Virus record (IMG/VR): IMGVR_UViG_3300046167_000924
Span: 64,001 to 128,000 of that record
Direction: 5' to 3' (one strand)
Length of the DNA: 64,000 nt
Origin: a virus
Part shown: positions 9,157 to 20,138 of the stretch, piece after piece
Layout of the letters: each line of letters opens with the position of its first letter
Numbering within the stretch: the first letter of the stretch is position 1
Program-made: the position numbers and the translations under genes
The notes under the pieces: generated by a model
Seen by the model: the letters and a program-made list of their open reading frames with translations, nothing else
What the model was told of the DNA's origin: nothing
The model's database searches: none

Positions 9157-12100
9157 TTAAATTAGTTTTTGTAAGATTTTTAATTCTTTGATTCCCAAGT
9201 GTTTAGATAAATACAAGCAAAAATCTATTAAATTAGCCCGATTTGAAAATACAATGTCATATCGAATATAGTCTGCGACTTGAGCATATTGTCCATCTTG
9301 CCAACGCTCTGTTAATTGTAAAAATAAATTACTTTGATTGTCTTCTGCGATCTTGGGCATTGCGAACCTTTTGAGTGACCATTACATTCGGCATATCAAT
9401 GTGTGGCACAAGAGGCTTTGCACCCGAATGCGAAACCTTTTTTGAGACTTCATGTAATTTTGCACTTTGTTCTTTTGAAGTATTTCTTCTTGTTGTTGCT
9501 TTTTTGCTCATGTTATTTTATAGTTTTTTTTGTTTAATTAGCTTTGGTTGTTTGTAGATGATCCCAAGGAAATCCTTCAATTTGATCTAAAATTTCGTTC
9601 AGACAACTTAATTCTGAAATGTATGCTTGTTCTTCCTCTTGGCAAAGTGTGTGTGCGTTTGCACAAAATTCCATACGCTCGTATATTTTATTTATTATTT
9701 CTTGCATTTATTTTTTTCTCCATATAGTTTGTTTTAATGAAAGTTTGATTGTTTTGAAATTCAAGTAAACATGATTTAATGTATTTAAATAATTTATGTT
9801 TTTATTTAAGTAGGTAATCATGTTCTTCTCTGTATGAAAGTTTATTTGTTTGTCTTCTTCGTTATCCTTGTATGAAATGTTATACTTCAAAATGGAATCT
9901 CGTCTCTTGGGTCTTGTTTGAAACTTCTAATATCTTTCTTTTTCTTCATCTTCTGTGCGAATGTTCGCTCGTTATGTTTAATATAGCACTTATCGCCATT
10001 CTCGTCAAGTTTATTATACGCAATCGCAAAACCTAAAGATTTAAGTGATTCAAGATCAACCTCATCAAGACTTTTCTTGCGAGTCATATTGTTAATTGCT
10101 TGTGCGTGAACAGAAGTAACTACATAAAGAGGTTCGCTTCTATTGCTTAAAATTTTATGTTCAACTAAGATTTCGTCTTTCATTTTGATCCGCCATTTAT
10201 ATCTTTAAGGTAATTTTCTCTAGCTTGATTTCTTTTAGCTTCATTAATTTCTTCTTGCAATAAAGTATTGATTCTGTCCATGTCTTCAATATAAATTTCT
10301 TCGTAATGCTTTTCTATTACATTTGCAATTTCTTCTGTGCAGTTGTAGAATCTTTCCATTGTCTTATCGTGATCTTCTTTTTGAATCGGCAAATCTGAAC
10401 TTTGCCTAATACAACCTTCTATTATTGAGTAATCGCACATTTTTCTTTATTCATTAAATTTTTAATTTGTTCTTTAGTTTCGTTCCAATGTTTATCTGTA
10501 TCTTGAGTTATTCTTATTATGCTATAATTATACCATACATCACATATCTTGTCAATGTTTTTATCATCGGCTTTTACTTTAAAATGATTCCAATTTTTTT
10601 CTCCATCAATTATTTCTTGTTCAATCCATTCAGAGGGGAAACCAAAAGGAAAATACATTAAATTATAATCTAACGCAAATTTTTGTGCAACTGAAACAAA
10701 ACTTCCCTCTGTTTTATGGCATTCATAATAGTTTGAATCATCGCCCCAAGACTCGTAAACGCTGATATAGAATTGAAAACTATCTTTTATTGCAACATCT
10801 TCTTGTTGCCATTTTTGTAACTCTTCATCACCATGCTCAATTAATTGAACGCTATATTCTTTGCCATACCATTTCATGTGAGACATAATCTTGTTGCTAG
10901 AATAAACTAAATTTTGAAACTTCCAAAGAAGTTCATTATTCGATTCTTTGGTCTGACTTGTTCTTCTAAAACTTACTGATAATCCTTCGCCACTCATCTT
11001 TTATTGTTTGCAAATTTTTTTTGTCATAATTAAACTCTAAAGCAAATTCTAGTTCTTGTCAAGCCTTTTATTTTCTAATATAGAAATCAATTATGAATGC
11101 GAGCATAATACAACAAATAAATATTGTCGATAAAGTTAAATCATTCATTTGAATATTTTTTAATTTCGTTATTTTTTAAGTTTAATTCTCTTTCTATTTC
11201 CTTGGAAACATTTTCACTAACAGATATTTCGTGATCTTTTGAAAGGGAATCTAATAATTCTACTAAATTTTCTCCCATTTTATTTCGATTCTCTTCACCG
11301 ATAAGAAAAATATTGTCAGAACTTACAAGACTAAGATCATCAAACTTTACAATGATACCATATACTGCATCTGAGCTTCCCCTTAGTCCTAATTTTATTT
11401 TCATATTTTAAATATTTGCACGGAGAGTATCCGTGACTAACTCCAATATAGTAGTAATCGAATTACTTGCTAGTCTTTTTCTGCTGATCGGACATGGTAG
11501 ATCTTGCTCATTCAATAAGATCAAGTTACTAGTAAACTATCACGAATTACTGAAATCACTCACATTAAGAGGTGAACCTATTTTTAATCTCCAAAAGAAT
11601 TTGTTATGATTAACATAAAAAGTAAGGCAACTCCACAAGCAATTAAAACATTAATTGCATAAAAAACATCGGGTAAATTATAAATTAAATTGTTCATAAA
11701 GAATTTCCATGTTCGTCATCACATATTGTATTTAAATGTCGGTTCGATCCTTTATCGTGACATTCATACTCTTCTTCGTATTCGTTTAATGCTTTTTCAA
11801 TAACGCTTGCTAAGACAATACTTTCGCCATATTCTAAATTGCTATATCCTTCGCCAACAAAAATAGAACGATTTTCACATTCAACATAAATTTCTGCTCC
11901 ACCTTTGCGTGTTTCTGTTTTCCACTTCATTTTTTAATTTGTTTAATTTCTTTAAGTTTATATCGTTTTGCGAATTCAATATCTGAATCTTGATTCGACA
12001 TTAATATCATATCTGATCGAACAAAAATTCTCATGCAACTAACTCTATACCTTGTTGATGAGGAACTAAGACTTCAAAAAGAAATCTGCGAACTGATTCT

Positions 12101-14895
12101 GTTATATCTAATAACTCGGAAAATTCGTTGTAACTAAGTGAGTTGCTATCGCCTTGTCCACCATAACAAATTCTGTAACCTTCTTCAAGAGGGCAAATAT
12201 TCTGCCCTCTTTGCTTGGTATAATGTCCATTCTGACCTTGACTCCATGTCCATTCGCAATGAAATGAATTTATGTAAATCAATACATTAACTCGCCCAAG
12301 ATTATTCCCGACACTATCTTTTCTATCAGTACAATCAACAAAGTCAACATTCGCACTAGGAAATTCCTGACTTAACATCTTTAAGTTGTACATGAACTGC
12401 ACGATAATTCTCACTTCCATGATATGAGGCGTTGTTCCATGAAGTCGTATGCAATTTGCCGTTCGTCTTTTTGCACATCTGTGCATCACGATCACTCTTG
12501 CTTTTATAGCTTAACACATTTTCTTGTGGCATTAACTTTTTAATAACATTATTACTTTTGAATATAATGTCTTCGGGACTCCATGTGTTCCAATTTACTT
12601 TCGCATTTTTAAAATAATTCATTTTTTCAATTTGGTTTTTATTGTTTATTCTTTATAGAATAGACTATAGATTATAATGTGTCAATCTTTTTTTGTTCTA
12701 ATCTTGTTAAATTATATTCTTCTTCTGTAATGTAAGAGTAACTTGATAAAAATTCCTCTTTACTTAACTCGTTAAAGTCTTTCATCTTTTCTTCATCGTC
12801 TATAAAATCTGCATGATTGTGATGATGGCAGTCAAATTCATTTATTGAGAAATTCTTGAAATGCTTGCCGTGATTATCATAGAAATCTCGCACAACATCT
12901 AATGCTTCCATAACTCTCTTGCTATTTGGATTCTCTTCGCAATCTCCAATGGCAGATGTTTCTGCTTCATTCAATACTAATTGTATCGCTTCAGATAACT
13001 TCATAGCTCTTCGTCTTCTTCGTCTTCTTCTCTTGTGCCAACAACTAAAAGTTTAATGTCTTTGCCGTCTCCACTCAATCCGAAAAGTTTTACTGCATCG
13101 TTATATATAATTCCATCTTCTGAATCTATACTGATCCAAGAGCAATTCTGAATTTCTCCATCAGTCTCACTTTCAACTACATCCCAACCGAATTCCAACA
13201 TTCTTGCTTTTTGATATTTTGTTAATCTCATATTAAATTTTATTTAATTATACTCTTTCCACACTTCATCAAATCCAACTAATGCTTCGGTATCTCCACC
13301 GATATAGTCTCCATCGAATCCATTTTTATTTTCAACTATCAACGCTCCTCTTGATTGAATCTGCTTTACTTTTCCACATTGCTCAATGTCGGATTTGAAT
13401 CCTACCCAATCACCAACATTTACTTCAAAGGTTTCTTCCCATTTGTTTGTAATTTTCATTCTATAAAGTTTTCTACATTTACATGAAATAATTCTTCATC
13501 TTTATCCATAATAGCACAAAGGTCATCATAGACATAACTCATCAAATCATCTAAGTCCATATCGTCTACAATTTTTTGTGAAACTAACTCTATATTATCA
13601 TCTGTATAATTCATAAATCCCACTCTCCATTTTTTACATTGTCAATGTCTTGCATTGCTTTGTCGTATGCAGTCTCACTACTATGATCTTCAACTTCGTC
13701 ATCATACAATTCAATTATGTCTTTTGCATGATTAACATTAAATGATTCTTGTTTAACCAATCTTTGTAACTCTTCTGTTAGTGCTTGTCTATATGTTTGC
13801 ATGAGTATAAGTATGTACTATGTTTTAATCTTTGTCAACCTTAAAATAATAATCCCACTCATCTTTTACTTCAATGTCGGGCATTTCATCTAATCCTTGA
13901 ATTCCATTGATAAGAATTTCTATAATTTCGCTTACACCCATGTTCATTGCTTCTCTTTCGGCAAGATCATAACGCATATCATCAATGGTTGGTTCTTCGT
14001 CTCTTTTTTGTTGTTCAGTTGTTCTCATCGCTAATTTTATCTAATTTTTCGTATAATTCGTCTATCGACTTTTCTAAGCTAGAAATATATTTTATTTCAT
14101 CGGGTTCTCTTGAGTACATAAACTCAAGTTCCATTTCTAAATCTTTGATTGATTTAATTAAATCAATTTTTTCTTCTTGTTGTTCTTGCACTTTACTTAG
14201 AATTTTGTGATTCATGTTCTTCGATTAGTTGTTCGTAGGTTGGGTAATCGTCTCCTATAATCGGAGGAGACTTATCATCACCCAATCGTTCAAGAAGAGA
14301 TTCGTTTTTATTGATAACTTCACCAATTAATTCGTTCATTTGTTTTTTACTCAACTTTGGAGTTGGTTTAAACACATTAAAAATTTTAGAAAATAAACTC
14401 ATCATACATGAAAATAGGTTTGTTTTTGTCTTCCATGCCATTAAATGTTCCAAGAGTATTAAACTCAAACCATTCAAGTGCTTCTTGTTCGTCCATATCA
14501 TCTTCATCCATCAATGCACGAATGATCTTGGTTACTGAATATACAATTCTGCAATCAGTATCACTTCCGATAATCGCACGATTAAAAGTGGAGCGAGGCT
14601 CAAGTATAATCGCATCTTCGTTAATATCTGACAACTCTTCTAGGATTTGATCTCCTTCTGTAATTTCGTTTTGCATAATAATATCCTATTAAACTTCTGC
14701 GAGATTGTCAACACTTAAATTCATAGAATCTGATAATGGCACATCATCTCTTGAGTGATGAATGTGAACGCTGACTCGATCCTTGTATTCAGTATCCTCT
14801 GTTGGAATAAAGTTAAATGTACAAATTTCTCCATCCAATAAACTTTGAATCTCTTCTTCTCCTAAAACTAATTTTATATTATATTCTTTTTTCAT
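9157..14895 (-). other. dense early-type region of about 25 small, often acidic hypothetical ORFs
   Basis: ORFs of 60-190 aa, co-oriented and tightly packed (e.g. 9887-10183, 10422-10997, 12031-12495, 12672-13004, 14386-14676), with repeated sigma70-like promoters. Confidence 0.7.
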
Positions 14896-15051
14896 ATTAC
14901 TTAATTCTATCTAGAAAACTTTTCATTAATTTTACATGATAGTGCATTAACACTAACTCCGATTGATCGTACTGATCTCTTATGTGTCCAATTAATAGAT
15001 AATGTTCTGTGCAGTCAATTAAATCTTGCAAGGCTAGTTTTTCTTTGTTGT

Positions 15052-15813
15052 TCATGCTTCTAAGCAGTAACTCCAATAACGAGAATTTCTTCTGCCTTGA
15101 ACCTTGTTCCAATACATTTCTCTTGCGACATTTGGCGAAATGCCATACTTGTTGCAACGAGCAAGCCACTCATTCTCCATCTCCTCATAGACCTTGAGAC
15201 TACTTGCATGACCTTTCTTGAGGTCGTGACCCATGAACCGCAACAAGTGAACATCCAAGCAACAAAGTTGCGATTCTGTTGGATAACTAAGAGAAAGAGC
15301 ATAAGTTGTCTTTGCGTTACCTAATCCATAAATTGTTCCGATTAAACGATTGCGACATTCTTGCCATGTCTCTTCATCTTGCTTCTTGAACTGATCGGGG
15401 TTTTCACGAAACTTAGTAACTAAATCCCACAATCCACGCTCTCTACGCTCATATAAGCCGACTTTAGCCTTGACGATCATCTGCTTGAGCTTATCCTTGG
15501 ATAAAGTCCAAGAAAGATCGCTCATGGCAATCTCGTAGCCTCGCACATTACTTTCCCAAGTTGTGTGAACGCTCATAATTGCGAATACCCAACGAGCAAA
15601 CATTTCTGCATCGTCTTTGGGAATTAAGTTTGTCCAATAATCAGTCTCGCTTTTGACTGCACCAAATTTAAGGTTGTCGAAAAACTTATCAACATTCCTA
15701 AAGGGGTCAACTTGTATTGTAGGTTTTGACTCCTCAACAAGTTGGTTGATAGGAGCGATAGCGTTTTCTAATAACAGAATTTGTTTATTCAATGTGTCTT
15801 TTGCAATGTTCAT
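15052..15813 (-). CDS. second HhH-GPD family (Ogg-like) N-glycosylase/DNA lyase-like protein
   Basis: LIGTIYGLGNAKTTYALSL hairpin and CCLDVHLLRFM Asp motif. Confidence 0.7.
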   Translation of the reverse strand: MNIAKDTLNKQILLLENAIAPINQLVEESKPTIQVDPFRNVDKFFDNLKFGAVKSETDYWTNLIPKDDAEMFARWVFAIMSVHTTWESNVRGYEIAMSDLSWTLSKDKLKQMIVKAKVGLYERRERGLWDLVTKFRENPDQFKKQDEETWQECRNRLIGTIYGLGNAKTTYALSLSYPTESQLCCLDVHLLRFMGHDLKKGHASSLKVYEEMENEWLARCNKYGISPNVAREMYWNKVQGRRNSRYWSYCLEA

Positions 15814-15901
15814 GTTTATAAGTATGACATAATCATAAGAAATGTCAAGAGTTTTTTTTGTTTTTTAGTTTTTTTGTTTTAAGTATGTGGTATTCAGCAA
15901 T

Positions 15902-16309
15902 TTAAACTTCGGCAAAATCAAATACAATAGGAGAATTGTTTATTGCTCCACAATTTTGAGGATTAATGTCAAGTCTTTCGCAGATGTTTATACCTAATTT
16001 GTTTAATATTTTTTTGTAATTATCTTTTGAGTTTTTGGTATTTGCTTTTTTTTGTATTACAATTCTTTCGTCAATATAATATGGTTTGATATAATAGTTT
16101 TTTATTTCGCTTGGAACATTCGCAAATTCATCGTTGAGGGAGTTGGCTACTTTTATAACATAACCTAACTTTTTTTTAGAGTAAACTGACTTATAACTTC
16201 CAATGCCAATTTGTTCAAACCCTCTAACGATAATTTGCTGAATGAATTTTTCTGTATTCTTTTCTAGTTCCAAGTAAAGATCGACAATCTTAGACTTGGT
16301 TTGCCTCAT
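15902..16309 (-). CDS. minimal protein-kinase-like fold protein
   Basis: GIGSYKSVY (Gly loop), VIK (beta-3 Lys), DINPQN (catalytic loop D...N) and VFDF (DFG-like) within 135 aa. Confidence 0.6.
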   Translation of the reverse strand: MRQTKSKIVDLYLELEKNTEKFIQQIIVRGFEQIGIGSYKSVYSKKKLGYVIKVANSLNDEFANVPSEIKNYYIKPYYIDERIVIQKKANTKNSKDNYKKILNKLGINICERLDINPQNCGAINNSPIVFDFAEV

Positions 16310-16311
16310 TG

Positions 16312-16563
16312 TTATGAGACTCCAATTAAAGCATCATGTATTAGATGCCGAGTCTTATAGTCTAATATTCGCCCTTCTTCATCTTGAGGAAGACTACCAA
16401 GCATATTTTCAAAATCTTGATTCAAGACTTCGCACATACAAGCAACCTTCCGATAGATTCCGATTTCTTTATATTTAAGTATTGCCCACATCGAGTCTAC
16501 TTGAGCCTCGTTAGCTTGAGAAATTTTTTCAAGCAACTCTATTTGTTCTGTTTCTGTATTCAT
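16312..16563 (-). CDS. hypothetical protein
   Basis: Directly downstream of rIIB, co-oriented. Confidence 0.7.
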   Translation of the reverse strand: MNTETEQIELLEKISQANEAQVDSMWAILKYKEIGIYRKVACMCEVLNQDFENMLGSLPQDEEGRILDYKTRHLIHDALIGVS

Positions 16564-16583
16564 AATTGTATTAAATTAATTAT

Positions 16584-17741
16584 TTAATTAAGTTCAACTC
16601 TCCACATGGAGCGAGGTAAATCTTCATCTTCAAAAATGTCATATCCAAGATCAATTACTATATCTTGTATTTCTCCACAAGTCAACTCTGAACCTTTCAT
16701 TCTGCTTTGAATTTGTTTGAGCATTGGACATTCTCCATCTTCATGCTTGTTTTCAATGTAATTTCTGATTGAAAGATAATCGTTGGGCATATCTTCTAAT
16801 GGCTCATTGTAATCATCATCATCATAATTTTCGGGAAGAGTAACTTTTGGTTCTCCGTATTCGTCAAGATCATAATTATCGTCATCAGACAAATCACAAT
16901 CGTAGTCGCAATTATCATCTTCACAACAATCATCTGAATCTGATCCATAGATAGGCTTATTAGCCTCGTAGATGGGCTTATCAATCTCTTTGCGAGTGTC
17001 AGTAATGTCAGACACTACCTTGTACTTTGAAACCCTAAGTTTCTGAAAGTTGCAATCAGTAGGAACGCTAACTGCATCTGATGGATCAAATTCAACAACA
17101 AGTAATTTGCCGTCTGATCCCGCCCATTCGTTAGCGTAATCGTAACTACCCACATGAAGACCAAAAGAACAATGATGATCCTTGTTGTCATCCACACATC
17201 TACGAGCAACTTCAATCGTTGCACCAACTTCATTGAGAATTTGATGCCTACCATTAGTCTCACCTTGCAATACGATTGTATCTGCATTACCTGTTTGTGA
17301 CCAATAATCTCCTTGAACTCCCTTATACCCCAATACTTTTCCTTCGGGAGTATTTGGCAAAGATTTATAACTCAAGAAAGAATACAATTCATTTACAGAA
17401 TTTGCACTTGGATTGGATTGCAAGCGAGTAATAAAGTTTACAAGAGGTGCAGAATCTTTCATTCCACTACGAAGCATTTCTAGTAACTTGTCAACAACAA
17501 CTCCATGCAGACGATTATTCTTGTAATAAACAACTTCGTCACGCACTTCAACATCTCCTTCAACAAAGTTTTCGACTGACTTTTTGATGTCAATGAGATC
17601 GCCAAGATCATCATATCTTGCATCGAACAATGCCTTGCGTACAAGTTGGAAATTTGGATGGTCACTACGAAGAGTGTATGGCTTGCCATCCCAAAAGATC
17701 GTTACTGAATTTTCGCTTAATGTATATGGTACTTTTTTCAT
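16584..17741 (-). CDS. rIIB: RIIB-like protein
   Basis: NPSANSVNELYSFL, GKVLGYKGV, CSFGLHVGSYDYA, PSDAVSVPTDCNFQKLRVSKYKV; adjacent to rIIA. Confidence 0.9.
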   Translation of the reverse strand: MKKVPYTLSENSVTIFWDGKPYTLRSDHPNFQLVRKALFDARYDDLGDLIDIKKSVENFVEGDVEVRDEVVYYKNNRLHGVVVDKLLEMLRSGMKDSAPLVNFITRLQSNPSANSVNELYSFLSYKSLPNTPEGKVLGYKGVQGDYWSQTGNADTIVLQGETNGRHQILNEVGATIEVARRCVDDNKDHHCSFGLHVGSYDYANEWAGSDGKLLVVEFDPSDAVSVPTDCNFQKLRVSKYKVVSDITDTRKEIDKPIYEANKPIYGSDSDDCCEDDNCDYDCDLSDDDNYDLDEYGEPKVTLPENYDDDDYNEPLEDMPNDYLSIRNYIENKHEDGECPMLKQIQSRMKGSELTCGEIQDIVIDLGYDIFEDEDLPRSMWRVELN

Positions 17742-17777
17742 TATTCTAATATAATATATTTTTGTTTGTTTGTCAAG

Positions 17778-20066
17778 TTAATTTTTATCACAGAGTAAAA
17801 TATAATCTATAATATCTTTAAAAAGTTTTTCATCTGCTCTGTATGAATTTACACTATTTGATACATAATCGAGGAAAGAATACTTTTCTCTAATTGTATC
17901 TATATCTTTTGCGAATTGCTTCGCAGAGAATCCATTGTCAAGATTGAATTTGAGCCAATCTTTATCGAACTTAGAAATGAATGCGATTGCAGAATTACAT
18001 TGAGGGCAAGCACCTTCATTGATAACGATCTGAAAGTTATCTCTGATCTTGCGTACCAAATTATCTTTTGGTAATTTGTCGAACTTAATTCGAGTTGAAT
18101 TCATAATGTATGCAAGATTGTATCTGCAATCAGCAATAGACTTCTGAATGTCCGTATCATCGTGATGAAGAGAGTCTACGCTAAACTTAATGTAAGATTT
18201 TTTCGCTTCAGTTAAGTTTGAGAGTAAATAATCTTTAGAGTTTTGAAGAAGAAAATCTTCAAAAGAAATCCAAGAATCTGAATCTAACTTAGATACATCT
18301 CCACTACGAATTCCAAACAAGCGAAACTTTTTCGCATCTGATTTGTCATCTGATCTTCTACGCACTCTATCGCATAAACTATATACCTTGCCGAGATCAT
18401 AGTCATCACTATCAATCTTGTAATTCTTGATTTTTACATATACAAGTTTGCCATCAATAGCACCATCAGTATCATCTTGGATTTTGTCAATATCTTCTTT
18501 GACATTTTTCCAATAATCTATATTGCGGTAGCTAGGTCTGTCTTGAACCATTTCAAATAATGGAATGTTTGCACGACTACCATTAGATTTGCGTACTCCA
18601 TTGTATTGAATTTTTTCTTTAACTACATTGGATGTAAGTCGAATATGTTTCTTGTCTACAAGGTCAAAATTCCATTCATTTTTAATATAACTTTTAGCTA
18701 ATTTAGTCAATGGATTAATGAAAAATATATTATTCAGTTTTTCGTTTTCATTAAATATAGTTCTTGCACGAAGATTGTTGCCATGTGAAGATTCTATATC
18801 TTGCATAAGAAAAATTGTCTCATCATCACAATGAATTCGGGTAACTTTGTTCGAGCGAACTTTAAATCCATTTCTTGCAGAAGAATCGTGATCCCTAGTT
18901 GTTTGAGTAAGAATTAAATCATCATACATTTTATGATCTCGATGAAATGTTGCTGATTGAATCTTGATGCCGTTCCACTCGAAAGCGTTTTCAAAAATTT
19001 GCCTCATGTTATATGGCATAGAATTAACTATTCTTGCATAGTTACTTTTTGCCTCAAAAAGATCATTTGAGTCTGCAAGTTTTTCTTTAGCAATTTCTTG
19101 CACTTCATCGCAAGCCTTTAACATTGCACCAATAATCTTTTGTTGAGTAGCTTTGTTGTACTCTAATGACTCTCTACTATGATGCAATTTGACTGCACCT
19201 AATGGTAATCGCAAATAAAAATTTGTTTGACCAAGTAGGTTGTAGATAATATCTTTCTTTCTCGAACTCTCTACAAAATTATCAACTTGAACAGAGTTTT
19301 TATCTAGTGGATAAGCAACTCTTCCCATGATAATGTGAGCATTATAACTTCTTTGACTATAATAAGAATCATTGCGTTCATCTTCCAAGAAAAACCAAGA
19401 ACCATTCTTCGATTCAATAACCTTACTTCTGTTTCTAATAAAAGTTCCATCGTCACCAATAAACTTTGGCATTTCTTTGTCAGAAAAGAACTCAAAAAAG
19501 TTTTTAATTATCTTGCGAAAATCATCCACATCTGATTCTGAAACCGCAACTTCAATGCAAAGACCACTTGGTTCATTGCTTGGTTCGGGTTCTTGCAGTT
19601 CTACAATTTTTGTGTCATCATTGTCATTAACAAAGACATTATATGAACTTTTGAGTCCACCATTATAGGAAACGCAAGTGAAATTGTCTCCATAGGAAAG
19701 CGGAGCAAATTTACCAATACCAAATGCACCAATATAATTGTTCGATTGCCTTTTGGTACTCTTGCCATACTTGGAGTATAAGCCGAATACATCTTCTTTA
19801 CTTAGTCCACCGCCAAAGTCACGAACTCTAAAAGTAGGACTTAGCTTGCTAGGAATTGAGATTTCAATCGGTCGAGTTTCGTTAGCTTCAACATTCGCAT
19901 CTAGTGCATTAGCACTAATCTCACGAACGACTGCAAGCCGAGTGTTGGAGTAATTGTTTCGCAAGAGCGAAGCAACATAACGCATATCTTCGGCATCAAT
20001 CGTACAATTTACGGAATCAAAATCGTGCGACTGCACAATGGTTTTTTTATCTTTTTCAATTATCAT
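17778..20066 (-). CDS. rIIA: RIIA-like protein with an N-terminal GHKL ATPase
   Basis: VVREISANALDA, FRVRDFGGGLS, YGKSTK, IGAFGIGKFAP. Confidence 0.92.
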   Translation of the reverse strand: MIIEKDKKTIVQSHDFDSVNCTIDAEDMRYVASLLRNNYSNTRLAVVREISANALDANVEANETRPIEISIPSKLSPTFRVRDFGGGLSKEDVFGLYSKYGKSTKRQSNNYIGAFGIGKFAPLSYGDNFTCVSYNGGLKSSYNVFVNDNDDTKIVELQEPEPSNEPSGLCIEVAVSESDVDDFRKIIKNFFEFFSDKEMPKFIGDDGTFIRNRSKVIESKNGSWFFLEDERNDSYYSQRSYNAHIIMGRVAYPLDKNSVQVDNFVESSRKKDIIYNLLGQTNFYLRLPLGAVKLHHSRESLEYNKATQQKIIGAMLKACDEVQEIAKEKLADSNDLFEAKSNYARIVNSMPYNMRQIFENAFEWNGIKIQSATFHRDHKMYDDLILTQTTRDHDSSARNGFKVRSNKVTRIHCDDETIFLMQDIESSHGNNLRARTIFNENEKLNNIFFINPLTKLAKSYIKNEWNFDLVDKKHIRLTSNVVKEKIQYNGVRKSNGSRANIPLFEMVQDRPSYRNIDYWKNVKEDIDKIQDDTDGAIDGKLVYVKIKNYKIDSDDYDLGKVYSLCDRVRRRSDDKSDAKKFRLFGIRSGDVSKLDSDSWISFEDFLLQNSKDYLLSNLTEAKKSYIKFSVDSLHHDDTDIQKSIADCRYNLAYIMNSTRIKFDKLPKDNLVRKIRDNFQIVINEGACPQCNSAIAFISKFDKDWLKFNLDNGFSAKQFAKDIDTIREKYSFLDYVSNSVNSYRADEKLFKDIIDYILLCDKN

Positions 20067-20138
20067 TTTTATTCAATTAGTTTTGTTTTAAGTAAGACTC
20101 TATTATAATATAGGTTTTAAAGTTTGTCAAGAAAAAAG

